From Acanthaster planci (taxonomy: Eukaryota): a stretch of 64,000 nucleotides of DNA. The translations under genes were made by a program, and so were the position numbers. The notes beneath the pieces are model-generated. The model did not search any database. It was not told where the DNA came from and was given only the letters and a program-made list of their open reading frames with translations. Of the stretch, positions 1-12,929 are shown in pieces. Each line of letters starts with the position of its first letter. Within the stretch, counting starts at the first letter, position 1. The DNA is taken from the NCBI RefSeq assembly GCF_001949145.1, contig NW_019091355.1, positions 3,144,646 to 3,208,645 of the forward strand, in the 5' to 3' direction.

Positions 1-849
1 AATCTTTCGTCAGAAAAAGTATTGACATCTAAAATTTTGTTTTTCGTATTTCTTGCTCAAAATCAGGCGCCTTGCCCTTTTTAAAGTTTGTCCCTTTTCT
101 GATCACCTCCTTCTTGAGGAAAACATTTCAACACGCATGTTACAATTCTATTCAAGGTGTCAGGATGCCACGTCATAGAATAGCTTTCTGGGGGGTGGGT
201 TCCGTAAAATTGACAATTCCCCATTTTTTCCCCCAAGCAGTGAGCTATGAATACGTACTGATGGTAGATAGTCATTTAACGTCTGGATTTGAAAGTCATT
301 ATTGCTTGCACCGTGTTATAGCTCAATGGTCGAATTAATACCGTGTATGTACAGAGTTTTCAATCAGTGCGTGGCCGACAAAGATCATTACCAGCGCCCA
401 GGCGACAAGTGAAACACTATGCTCCCCGTTTTATATGAGGCCGCTATTAAAAAAGGGGGGAAAAGTCAGCGTTCGGTCTCGCTAAACTGCCGGCTCTCTG
501 AGCCGTGCAGTCTGTAGTTTAAAAATTCTTTCGGCGGAACAAGCCCCTTGGGCTGTCGGGATGTAATACCCATTTTTGTGGGGTGCGTGAACCGCGTTTC
601 TCGTGCTCTTACTTCATTAAGTTCGTCAATTGCCTGTCTCGTTCTCACAGGGATAAAGGAAGACCTGTCATTTTTGTTTGTGTAATAAAGAAGACTCATT
701 GCTGACGATGTGAACTTTTTTCACTAGATGGCTACATTTGAGTAATATTTGTTAGGATGGAGGAAAAAATCACCTAAGGGAAACCAGAAGACTTCCTTTA
801 GATGAAGTTTAGATAGAGGTGTAAGGTATGTACAGTGGCACATTCTTAT

Positions 850-957
850 GGCTGTGTCCGAATTACTTGGCTGGAGCCTGAAATTACGCATTAGTCTATG
901 GTAGTGGCCACAGACGGTTCCCATATCAAGCCATAGCCAAGTCATTCGGACGCGGCC
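850..957. mobile_element. MITE, PIF/Harbinger (Tourist)-like
   Basis: About 23-bp TIRs GGCTGTGTCCGAATTACTTGGCT / AGCCAAGTCATTCGGACGCGGCC with TAT and TTA flanks. Same termini family as 47820-47938. Confidence 0.75.
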
Positions 958-3557
958 TTAGAAAAAAAAAGATGTGCGCAATTGCATTACTTCTGAGGAC
1001 AGTCTCAGCACCGTGGGTAAGTCCAGCACGCGACGTCAGGCCAAGAAACCGAGGGATAAATCCCGCATTTTCTCGCAGCTCCTAATAACATCCAGGACGG
1101 GATAAGTGATACCTTTACTCCGTAAAAAAAAGAAAAAAAAAAGACTGCTTCCGAGGTGTCGTGCACCACCGGCGGAGCGTGGGAGGGAAGATTACGCGCG
1201 GTTATCGGCGTTCAGGCGGGGAAACCTCCCCCCCTTCCTCCTCGGTGGTGGTGTCCCACACAACAGAAGACCCGTAAGACTAAAGAGAGAAAACATGTGT
1301 CTGGTTCCACACACGGCTAGCCAAGCATAGGGCACGGTAACTGGCAGGTATATAGACAGAATAAGGCCTGGAGGGGAAAGAAAAAAAACATGAGGAAAAA
1401 ACGCGTCTGTATATAGGGCATCATTATCAATTCGAAATTGTTTAGACTCTGGTTTAATTAGACAACATGATTTCTGACGTGCGCTATGAAATAAACGACG
1501 CGTGAAGAGTGATGAATCTGTTTTAATATCGCGTATATTGCCTTCATTCTTTTTCTCTCTGGAGAGTTTATTTCTTTACCGCGGGCGGGAAAATTACGCC
1601 ATATTGAAAAGTAATAAAAAAAAAACTTCCTTCGGGTTAAAGTGATGCGAACCACCGATGATGCCGGTATTTATTTGACAGGGGTGTGTGACAACCAGTA
1701 TCGTTCATTCGACAGGTCGTCCAGAGTGCCTCATTGACTGTATTGGAAAATGTTGTTCAGCTCTTTGCAGAAGTGGATTCATAAAAGGGTGATATATCCC
1801 TTTGATGGAATATTAGATCATAATATCCATAATTTCCAGATAAATCTGAGTTTGTTTCTTACTTGTTGCTGATTTTTGTATGTTTCCGTTCTTGTTGATG
1901 CACGTCTGGTTTTAATGAATCTCTGAATTTCGGCAACCACTTCTTTCAGCTCAGAGGTAATTCGATTTTTAAAATAATATCGAGAACAGCTTTTTTCCCC
2001 AGAACTTTGGGTAACTGAACTTGGGTTTACCAAGTTTCACTTACCAAGTTAATCAAGTTTTGCTACTTGTTTTGGTCATTTTTTAGTTATCTGGTTAAAC
2101 TGTTATCTAGTGAAGTTGATTTTGAGAAATATCCAAGTTTGAACAGGGCTGTTTATGTCTACGAATCCCATAACTTGAAACGATGCAATTAGGAAAAGAT
2201 TATAATTGCCATGCAGTTTCATTTTAAAAGAAATGTACACGGACATGGTTATGTACTGTGCGAGAGACTGTCGCGTGAAATTGGTGTTAACAAAGGCGAG
2301 GGTGTAAACTTTACACAGCAGTTTTGTCTTGAATGGTTTATATGAAAAAATTGTGCTATTCAGCATGTTCAGAAACTAAATATTGAAACATGATATCATA
2401 TTCACAAAATGTTGCAATGTAGTTTTTTCAACGACGCAGGAGTGTTTGGTGACATTGACTTCTGGTATATGTATAATTGCAACCAGTACCGTAAGTCCCA
2501 TAGACGACTATAAAGCATGGAAACGTCAGCTTAATCTACTCCTGTGAGCAGAGGCTACAAGCAAATTAATTATTTTCGTCCATCAAAGCATGTTTCAATC
2601 TATAGTGCTGATTATAATGACATTTTGCATATTGGAAAGTCTGGGTTTTTTTTGTTCCTGTGAATCGTCGTATGTCAGATCGTTGGGGCCTAGCTGGCAC
2701 ATGGCCGAAAACCGTGCGGTTGTCACCTGCTTGAAGTCAAACAAGCCGACACCTCAATTATACTGATGCCGGGGCTACAAACATTGCCCACCACCGGTAC
2801 ATTGATGAGCCAATAGCGGGCAGCCTTATGCACACACGTCTCTCAGACTTTGTCCTACAATTACGCTAATTGGATGTCGGCCATCTTTCGTATCTCTTCG
2901 ATTATTTATCCTAATGATCGTATCAATCAAGGTAAGAGTGTTTGAGCAATGGTATAGAAGCCTATCAAATGACCACTTTTTCCTCGGTTTTACGATAAGC
3001 CACAAGCAGACTAATATAATATTCATATTATTCGCGACGCAGAGGGAGGAAAAAGAACGAACTAAAATAAACCACTCCGCGCATCTCATGCATTTTTCAT
3101 CCACGATGATGCTTCCTTTTTTTCTCTCTCCAGAGCCAAGAATAACGAGAATTTACGCCCGTGTGTATTGACGACCATTCGCATTTCCAGTGGTCTATCT
3201 TTCCTTGTGTGGTTTTCATTTACCTGGTATTTCAACCTCCTGCGTTTTTCCCGTCTCCTCTATTCCGTTCATGCCCGCCTGTTGCTAAGGGTGTGTCGCG
3301 TATTCCCTGTTTCAGTTGACGCGCATCGTTTGTTCGTATACTCACTTCCTTTTGTGCTGGTGTGTTTGTCCGTCCCTGTCTCACGGTGGCTGTCTAATTC
3401 TAAGTGAATCACCTTCTCTTGGGTTTGTATGTCAAGTCAGTCTGTATATACTTACTTCCTCCGGAACTGTGTTCTGATCACCTGCTGTGATGCTACTTCA
3501 AAGTCACCCTTCCGGCGACCCCTCTGTCGTAAACACTTGTGCTGGGTTTGCTCGTTT

Positions 3558-3875
3558 TGGTTGTTGTTTCTGTTGTTGTTGTTGTTGTTGTTTTTCTGTT
3601 GCTGTTGCTATTGCTATTGTTGCCGCTGCTGCTGCTGCTTCTGCTGCTGCCCTTGCTGTTGTTGTTGTTGCTATTGTTGTTGTTGTTGTTGTTGTTGATG
3701 ATGCTGCTGATTCTACTGCTGCCCTTGCTGATGCTGTTCTTGTTGCTGTTGTTGGTGTTGTTGCTGTTGTTGTTATTGTTGTTGTTGTTGTCGTTGTTGT
3801 TGTTGCTGCTGCTGCTGCTGTGCTGCTGCTGCTACCCTTGCTGATGCTGTTGCCGTTGTTTTCGCTGTTACTGTT
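3558..3875. repeat. Compound (GTT)n/(GCT)n trinucleotide microsatellite
   Basis: Direct reading. It produces the spurious poly-C/V/L ORFs in the ORF track. Confidence 0.95.
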
Positions 3876-6800
3876 ATTTTTTCTTGTTTTCTTTCATCGA
3901 CAAACGACAAAAATAAGTCCGAATTTAAATTTATTAATGAAAATTATCTTCTTAAAACTTACCGATGATGAAAGGGAAAAAATCCATTCTGATTAGTTCT
4001 GATGACGAGCATCGTCACGATGCTCAATAGTAATATCTATAACTCGTCAGAAATCCCAGCTGAGAAAAACCAGACTTTCGAGGAAAAAAAGATGAGTGGT
4101 CAGCGAAAAGAACCGGGGATTGTTAAGAGACGTCGGCCCTTGGGACCGTGTCGGTTTCAGAGTCTTGACTCGGCAAGGCCGGCAGAACTCGAGCCTGGAC
4201 GAGATTGAATTTCCCGACAAAAAAAACAAATTTCGGCGAAGCCCGCGAAAACAAACCTTGGCGTGCGGGTCATTTACGCCGTGGAGGCTCTCCTGGGGGA
4301 GGATTTTGAGCCGCTCTCCTGCGCACGCAGTGGATACAAGAAAAGCTCTAGACATTTCCTGGTCAGAAAATCAAACAAAAATTATGGTAATTATCCTTTT
4401 TGTAGCGCTCGGGTTGCATGAAGATGTCCTCTCGAACTTTACTCTGGATTGCCCTTGCTTTGGTTTAAACGGCAGAAGTCGACACCTTGTGGTTTCATAA
4501 TTGACAGCTTTAGACGTTGTTAATTCAGAAATGTTGTTAATTCAACGACGAATAACGCGTTACGTCGTTAACTATGTGTGATGTTTCTCTACAACAGGCC
4601 CACTACCATGTGGTAAGAATTGCTAATTCAAATTTTAATTTAATGTAGTCAGTGGTACGCCCGAATCACGTTTCGCCAGAAATCTCCAGTGCACGAGGAG
4701 ATGCCGTCTACAACTTGTTTCAGTTCTTGTCCATCCTAAAACATTTCCCAGTACGTGTAACATGGATAACTTCAAATCTTAAACCTTTGGCCACTTATAT
4801 GTTAAGCTGACAATTTGGGTTCTTGTCGCTCCTGTGAGAGCTCGCGGCTTTTTCTCGCCAGAAGAATTGATAGCACGATTCCGCAAACATTGAGTTGGTG
4901 AGGGAAAACTTTATCTAAATATTACATGACAGAGACGCCCCCCCCAAAAAAAAAATCCATCAAAGATGCTTCATTTTCCTTTGTCACAATTGTCATGTTC
5001 GACTTCCTTGTAAAGTCATTACCGCGGGTAATGTCTCGAACGGGGCTTACATCAGACCTACATCCATAGTTTAAAAGTTCAGCTGGCGCCGTGGCCATAA
5101 GCCCGACTCCCCTGCCGTATTCCTCCGAGGCGAACTTGATGATGTCCAAAGATGTGAAAAGGACGGGGGGGAGCCTGAATTGCACACGGCTCTGCCGTGT
5201 ACATGTACATCTTTTGCTCATATCGCCAACTTTTTTTACGCTCGACCGTGTTCGGCGTGGTAAATAAGCCGTTGCGAGCTGGCCATCTGTACACTTTGCC
5301 CGCGCGCTCGCACGCTTGACGGCCGTTGATATTGAGTTCATAACGACCGCGGAGAAAATTTCCAAGCCTCAATGTTTTCCTGTGCACAAAAAAGAGCGCG
5401 TACCCAAAATGAGCAATCCGCGCACGGATATGGCCGAATGGATTCTACCCCCCTTTCCTATTTTTTTTTCTCGAAGTGGAATCCCAGGCGAGTAATAAAC
5501 CATATATCAAACTGTCATTCGAAAGACATTAGGGATAATCTTATATCATAAAGGGGGGAGCTTTTTGGCAATGTTGATGTCTCGCCCACGTGCCGTGAGA
5601 AAAAAAAATAGAGTGCTTTGTGGGACCAAAAAGATTTGAAGGGCTCTACTATGCTCCCCGTCTGGACTCCAAATCTGAGCTTTTTGCATTTTGGGGGGGC
5701 TTGTGTTATTTAAAAAACGGAGACCCCCAGCCCTGTGTGACACGCAGCGTTCAGCCCCACGTTCGGCAAGTTGCTGTGTCCACGGTAGATGACAAGCCAA
5801 TTTGGAGCGGCCTGCAACCCGATCAGCGTGCTTATTAAAACCGGGCTCGTCTTTATAGCTCGCGGAGGTGCACTTGGCAACATCCGATCTTAGGTCTCAT
5901 CACATCGGGCCCTCATCAAGTTCGGTGCAGCGCAGCCGGGCCGCGGATAGCCTGGGTGAATACACGAGGAATCAAGCACGCATGCGCGCTTGTCGCTCTG
6001 TCTTGCCAGACTCAATTGTACGACATGCTCGCAACTCGTGTATCTTTGAAATTTAGAGACAAAAACAGATATCTCGTGTTAAATTTTAAGATATTACAGT
6101 TTGATGTTTTTGTGAGGTTAAGAAATTTGCATCACATTTTTCTGCCAGTTAAAAAAAATTGAAATAATGTTCAACCCACTTCTCAGTAAGCTCCCACAAG
6201 ACACAACTTAACTGGTTTTCAAGGGGCCTCATCAATTTTGTAAGGTCGCTGGTATTCGGCAGACGCCATATTCAAGACGGTCCAACTCGATGAGGAAACT
6301 TGCGTAAGATTCTTGTCGCGTTAATTAGTACAGTACTTTGTACCACGAGCAGTCTTGCAACAGGCCGAGCGAGCGAGTTGACACCATTTTTTACCGCATG
6401 AACAGCTAAGCTCCCAGTGGCTCATACTGCTTCATCTATTAATCTTGGCCACAAACGAACATCATCCTCTGTTCAGTGTGACAAGGGGCTCTGTATACAG
6501 GAGCGATCAGCGACCGGAGTGAGAATGCCCAGTGCGCATGACCGAGCAAGGCACGACGGGAACTACTGTCTGCCTCCTCCCCCCCCCCCTGCGGGCTCAT
6601 GGCTCAATCCCCATCTTGATTATATTTAATTTTGGCACTGCTCGCTTGTAATCAAATTCCCGGTCTGAGGGCACACTAAAATGTGCATGATAGATCGCGC
6701 ATTTGGGAGTTTAACAAATTTCGCCGGCCGGTCTCGGGAGGGCATAAATTGCCCATTTCCTATGGCGTTATTACTGTGCGCCGGGCAAATCAGGCGAGAA

Positions 6801-8557
6801 GCGTGAGTCTATATAGTCGGGGAGAACGACAAGAGACGTTAAGCCGATCCGACATCTCAACCCGTCTCCCCCCCCCACACACAAATACACACTCTTTGCC
6901 ATCTTTCCCGTCCTGGCCTGAAAAAGGACCACTTCTGCGGCAGCAGATTAGCCAATTTGAGTCGCGGGTCTCCCGGGGATTACCCTGCGCGGCTCAGGCA
7001 GGCCGTGGGGCCCAGAGGAGCGGTCCCCGCCCGAACCTGGCTATACAGCCAGAGCTCCTCTGGTCGCCGTCCACTGAGCATTTTTCCCCCTGCCACTCCG
7101 AAAGTGCCGCTCGGATGCCGAGACTCGGGGCCATTCTTTTCAGCGTGGAGCAAAAAGCCAGGAATCTCCCTCAGGGCTATTTCCCTCCATTACCGATACT
7201 ATCAATATGATAATGTCATGGGGGGGTAGGGGGTTGAATTCTGCCACGCCAGCGGTGGTGGGACCCTGTGCTCGGGCCCTGCCCAGCGCCTTTGCGGGCC
7301 CACCCTATACACTCCCGCTGCAGCCGCGCTCAGGTCGTCGCTACACATCCGCCCAGATTGATCAGAGTGTTGGAAAAGATACTGATATAAATGTAAAATC
7401 CTCGATCGCCTGCGGTACCCGAACATTCTCAGCGGAGCTTAGAATTGGGGAATGGCAGATTGGAGTCCGGTGGAAATTTCGTGTAACATACGCAGTTTTA
7501 GAGATTACCGTACCCGTTTCACCTGGGTCGAAAAATTGTTAAGTATAAGGTTACACACGGCTACAGCTCCTCTCTTGATTCTCGGACGGTCAAAAGTCGT
7601 CAAACATGCTCCAGCACTTTTTTGCTCGGGGTGCATGGTTTGTTCCGCGTTGGCGCTGACATGAAGCCAGTGGCGTAATTACCATTACACAGTCAACGAA
7701 TATTAAGCTTATTGTCGACGCTTTGTCCGCACGATCGACATACAAGCTTTATCGCCATGAGCTACTGCTCCAATCACAAAAATGCAGCGATCTTGCTTTC
7801 TCCAGGTAGCCCAAACAGAAGGCCAAAGAAAAAAAACTTTAAAATAGTCTTCAAATATTGACTGCTTCGATCAATTGGCACAGAAAATCTCGGCCTCCAG
7901 TGGTGATCTGTTGAAATGTGCAATGAATCAACGACGAAGCAGTTGGCATATCTGCTGTTGAACGTCTCTCCCAGAGATTCTGTTGGGTTTATATATCCTG
8001 TAAATTAAACATTAACAATCCAGTGCAAAAATACCCATGCATTGATAAGAAATCAATGGAGAAGTCACTTGTACGTTTTCAAACTTTCTCTTATTGAAAG
8101 AATGCTTCCACGCAACTCTGTTGTGTGTCATGCGCACAATCGACGACCCTTTGTGCGCACGCGTATATAAACGTAGTATACTGTACATGTGGTCGCTTCT
8201 GCGCATAGTGCTTTTCAGGAGGCAGCCGTTCTTGGAGTGCTAGGCGAAAAAAAAAAACAAATAGCGTATCCCACGCGACGCGATCTCGGCCATTCGAGCG
8301 GCTAAATTTGTGAGTGAGAAGTTGTGAGAGCGATTGGTTACCTACCTTCTGTCCCAAACTACCCAACCCGATTTGAAGACGATAGGTATACCACACACTG
8401 GAATTATCTTTCCATAAATCCTCTCTATTATCATCCATCCGCCGTCCCCCCCCCACTCCTCCCCCTACCCCCAGCTTCACCATCTCCCTCTCTCCGCCGG
8501 CTAGCCGTTTCAGTGTCATTAGTCATATTGCCCATAATATACAATATTAATGTCATA

Positions 8558-8730
8558 CCAATCATGGCCATTTTGGCGCGCACTTTTCCCCCCTCCGCCG
8601 TTGGCTGCCATCGTGCATATATAATGGCTCATCTCCTTGCCTGGGGCGATTTGTAGCCGCGCAGCTCAGACAGCCGACGCCAACCGGGCAGTATAAAGCG
8701 CCTCATGCGCCCGGCGACATTACTCTTGAC
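8558..8730 (+). promoter_or_regulatory. Candidate intronic core promoter (CCAAT, YY1-like, TATA, Inr)
   Basis: CCAAT 8558-8562, GCCATTTTG 8567-8575, TATAAA 8692-8697, and Inr-consensus TTACTCT 8720-8726 whose A (8722) is 30 nt from the TATA start. Confidence 0.45.
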
Positions 8731-9216
8731 TCTCTTTCACGACGAATACCAACTGCGATCAATAGCCAGCATCAAACGTTGAAAAGACTGCTAGCGCTCA
8801 TTTTTTTTGGGGGGGGGGGTGGCCTCTACTCTTCCTAAAGGCGGCCGCTGCGTGCAGAAATATCATGTCAATATAATTGGTTCGTGTCCAATTTACCTTA
8901 AAAATGTAGTGTTTCACTGAGTCATATCTCTATTTAGTATTCCAATAGTAATGTTCTTGTTATTTGTGAGTTTATAGCTGCGTGAGATTTTACGACACTT
9001 GGTGAATGATTCTTTTACTTTTGTACTAACGGCCTGCCATCGTTTTACCGGCTAATGGTGGACGAAGTTACATGTACGACTGTGACGTAGGAAGAGCAGA
9101 TCCTATTGTTTGTGGTTATGAATAAGGGCGCTGTTGTTTGTGCTGTATTATACCGAAAAATTATGATCGTCCGTCCTGTCCAACCGATTCTGATCTTCAG
9201 TGATGTTTTCTTGGTA

Positions 9217-9399
<183 letters not shown>

Positions 9400-12300
9400 T
9401 TTTACAATTTACTGTACGGACAACACCAACATTATTTAAACGGCTGAGGCAATGTGATAGATATTGCAAGCACTGAGGGAGCCTCCGTCAGTATTGTGTA
9501 GTCTCGATTTTCTGAAGATAGTCTGTAAAAGATGTATAGAGATAGAGAAAGAGTTGCGTCATTTTCAGAACATGGCACCAAAATGGTTGTTCATTATACG
9601 TGCAGTACAGCATACAGCTATCGTGTAACGACTGTCCATGTGCACTGACACACGCTTCACCATTTTCGTTCCAACAATAATTGAGACAGTCATGCCGCAA
9701 CTCTCTGCATATTCATCACTGTATGTAGCAGTACCAGCCTGTGTTACTGGGCCTATAACTTTGTTTCGCGGAGACCCGAATCGCGATCAGTGATCAGACG
9801 TTGGTTCACTGACAACAGAACCCACCAAAATGGATGGCGTGAACCAGCCTTGGGATCACTAATCCAGCTCCTGATCGATGTGAAACAAACATGCCCTCAA
9901 TAAACCCCCAAACGGTCACCTTAATCAGCAATAAGTGTGCTCTAAAACTCGCCAGAAAATGCGCCCTGATAATGTCCCTCTTTTTTCCCAGTAGGCTTGG
10001 CCTGTGAAGTGTGATGAGAAAAAAAGGCTTTGCTCTTTGGACAGGATAAATGGTGGTAAATTGAATCAGTTTATGTCTCGAGATGTGTACAAAAGTACGT
10101 AAATTTTGCTTTACACTTTCAGTAATACGTAGATGGTAGGGTCCGATTTCGTGGAAACGGCATGCAAAGGCGATACCAATCTGTATGTTAGGCTTCGCGT
10201 ATTTTTTTGGGGGGGGTGGGGTGAGCAAAGCTTTCTTCCTGGCGATGCAGTCACTTGGGCATGAGCAGTGCAATATCATGTGAAGTCGAAATGTCTTATT
10301 CGGTCACTGCATTCTGTAAAAACAACGTCAGATTGCCAACATCACTTTTGAAAAATAGATACTTGCAAATTGCTTATTCCCCAATCACTGATGTCTGTTT
10401 CATTGTCAGACATTGTCAGAAGCATTAACTGCAGTCATTAATGTCGGAATGGAATGTTGCGCCAGTTTCTGCGCCAGGGACAAGTCCAAGAGTGTCGAGC
10501 AAGTCGACGGTGCTCGACAACCACCGCTGCATGTGATTAATGCGATTTTGACCGCGGCTAGGAAAACACCGGGGTCCGTGACGCGTGATAATTACATCAT
10601 TGTATCCGCACGGCTTAACACGGAATCAGTGTAAGGCGATCCAACATTAGCATCGTGATTATACTCTTCTGTCTCTTCGGCTTCGGTCGGGCCATTTTTT
10701 TTTCTCCCCCGGTCAACACAGCCTGCGCTACTGCGACGGGCGAACTGGGGGGAAAGGGAAGGGAAAAGTCCGGCCATGTTTCACCATGCGCGGGCACACT
10801 CCGGCGGGCTCCCTGCGGAGACACAACGGGGAAGGAGTTCGGTCATGAGCACGATCCGAGAGGCAATTTGCCAGGCCGGGGCAAAAACGAGTCCGGTCCC
10901 CGGGCGACCTGAACACACGACGCGGCCTGCATGCCGCGTCGTGTCCTCCGAATTCTTCTTCGTTCGACTCACCGTCACATCTCATTAACCTATGTAAATA
11001 AAGACAAAGACATGCCAATTCCACCGCTCTTACAATTTAATTCGGCTGTTATTTGTAGGTGGGAGTCCGGAATAGTTAAACAATGCGACGAAAACCCATC
11101 ATCCAAAAATCAGATGTTGCAAACGAACTGTGATTTATGTCTGCCCCATAGCTATTACAACATCAATTCTTTTTAACAAACAAGCTTTTTGTCATTTGAC
11201 AAAATGAAAAATAGTATTCCGACAATAACAATATTAAATGGACGAGCTGCCTGGTGATGTCTAACCCTGCAGTATGACAAAACAACCATTACACCGCACC
11301 AAAAAAGATACTACAACGTTCTTGTACATTATTTATGTGGCACCCTCAAATCAAAGGATCGTTCTCAGCACTTATTTATTTACTGCTTAAAACGGAGACG
11401 GGATGAGTGGCATTGATAGGACGTCTCCGGAAAAAGAAGAATCCAGAAGTTTTTACAAAAATAATTACATTTAACTAAGGAGTTTAGAGCAAAACTACTA
11501 TGTAAAACTGTTCTATATAGCAAGAAGAAAGTGCAAATTCATGAATATGCAAATTAAGCATTCATTCCCGCCGAAACTTTCGCGGGATCCTCCATCCTTG
11601 ATTTAGAACGTTTCTAGAATAAAACTGGAGTAAAAATATGACTCAATGAAAGAAATATTATTCCTGATATTTAAAAGGACATTGATTATTGTAAATACCA
11701 GAGGGCTGAAGGAAGCTGTATAATTGTCCGTTTTAGATTGAGAATCTATAAAAGATACATTTCATTTCCGACAATGACTAATCTTCATGAATGTGTGAGA
11801 AAGAAAATGCCTTTAAAATAAGGAAATACAACAGGAGATAATAACCCGGGGGTTGTTATGATGTGTAAGATTGTGCAGGTTAAGATTTAAAATGAAAATG
11901 AATAGAAAGTGATTATTTACCTGTAAAAGAACGAAGACGGGATAAATGCCATTAATAGGACGTCTCTGGAAAATGAAGAATGAGCTTGCGACCAAAATCG
12001 AACGTTGGTGGCGCTAGTCTAATTTGAATGTAAATGGCGATTATAAGTTAAAGGCAAATGAGGTTGTACCAAAATAAAAGGGGTGTCTTTTTTTATAACG
12101 GTCGCATTTACACAATTTTATTACTTAATTTAAACAAAAATTGCTCATTAGAAGTCGTATTTGGACCCCAACAGACAATGTCGTTAGCACTCACAACTTC
12201 GTCTATAATATGTGAACTTTGATGGAAACGGTCAGTATATTACTTGCACTTCGAAATTTATACAGCAGCTGTAAACGCTCTCGAAGGAATTAGCCGTCGA

Positions 12301-12696
12301 TAGGAAATTTCTATTGTTTCCCCCAACTCAATCATATACATTAAAGTTTCATGTCATAATTAAAACCACTTGTTAATATGTGTCCAAGTCCCAGAGCGCC
12401 GGCCGGTTGTTGCTGCATTAATGAACGGACGATCCGCTTAACGTTTTCTTGTAATTCCCATCCATTAGGCCAGAATAATTGGCCACGTGCAAAGGCACAA
12501 ATCATGGCGTTTTCAAGGCCGACGCTGTCGGGGCCAAATTAGCTGCCGGTAGCTTCCGTCAGCTGCAGCTCCCCCTCCCTTTCCTAAAAACACGTCCAGT
12601 ATAATCTATCCTGAACTTTAATCCAAGGTCTGTATACGCACGCTTCCTCGAAAAAGCGCGGGAAAATATAAACCTGACCGAACAAACCAGCTGCAG

Positions 12697-12929
12697 GGGC
12701 CAATTTCATAGAGCTGCTTAAGCACAGAGTTTGCTTAAGCACGAAAAAACCTTGCTTAACAAACAAAGGTTACCAGCTCAAACTCTATGTGATTGTCATG
12801 CTAACCAAAAGACAGCTAAATACCATTCCAAAATTATATACATCACAAGAAGTTTTACCTGATTTGTCAAGCAAGGTTTTTCCACGCTTCAACAAATTTT
12901 TCGCTTAAGCAGCGCTATGAATTTGCGCG
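12697..12929. mobile_element. MITE with CAG target-site duplication (PIF/Harbinger-like)
   Basis: TIRs GGGCCAATTTCATAGAGCTGCTTAAGC / GCTTAAGCAGCGCTATGAATTTGCGCG. CAG on both sides (12694-12696, 12930-12932), plus an internal inverted AAAAACCTTGCTT / AAGCAAGGTTTTT pair. Confidence 0.8.

Noticed and set aside
3429..3996. Long poly-Cys/Val/Leu ORFs that look like membrane proteins
   Set aside because: Artefacts of a stop-free (GTT/GCT)n microsatellite; open in several frames, with no splice or codon support.
5560..6650. miR-96/182/183-like seeds (TTTGGCAATG, TTTGGCACTG)
   Set aside because: Only seed-length matches; the rest of the mature sequence and a hairpin are missing.
11671..11816. Kolobok-like TTAA-AGG...CCT-TTAA element
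   Set aside because: The termini are too degenerate to call confidently.
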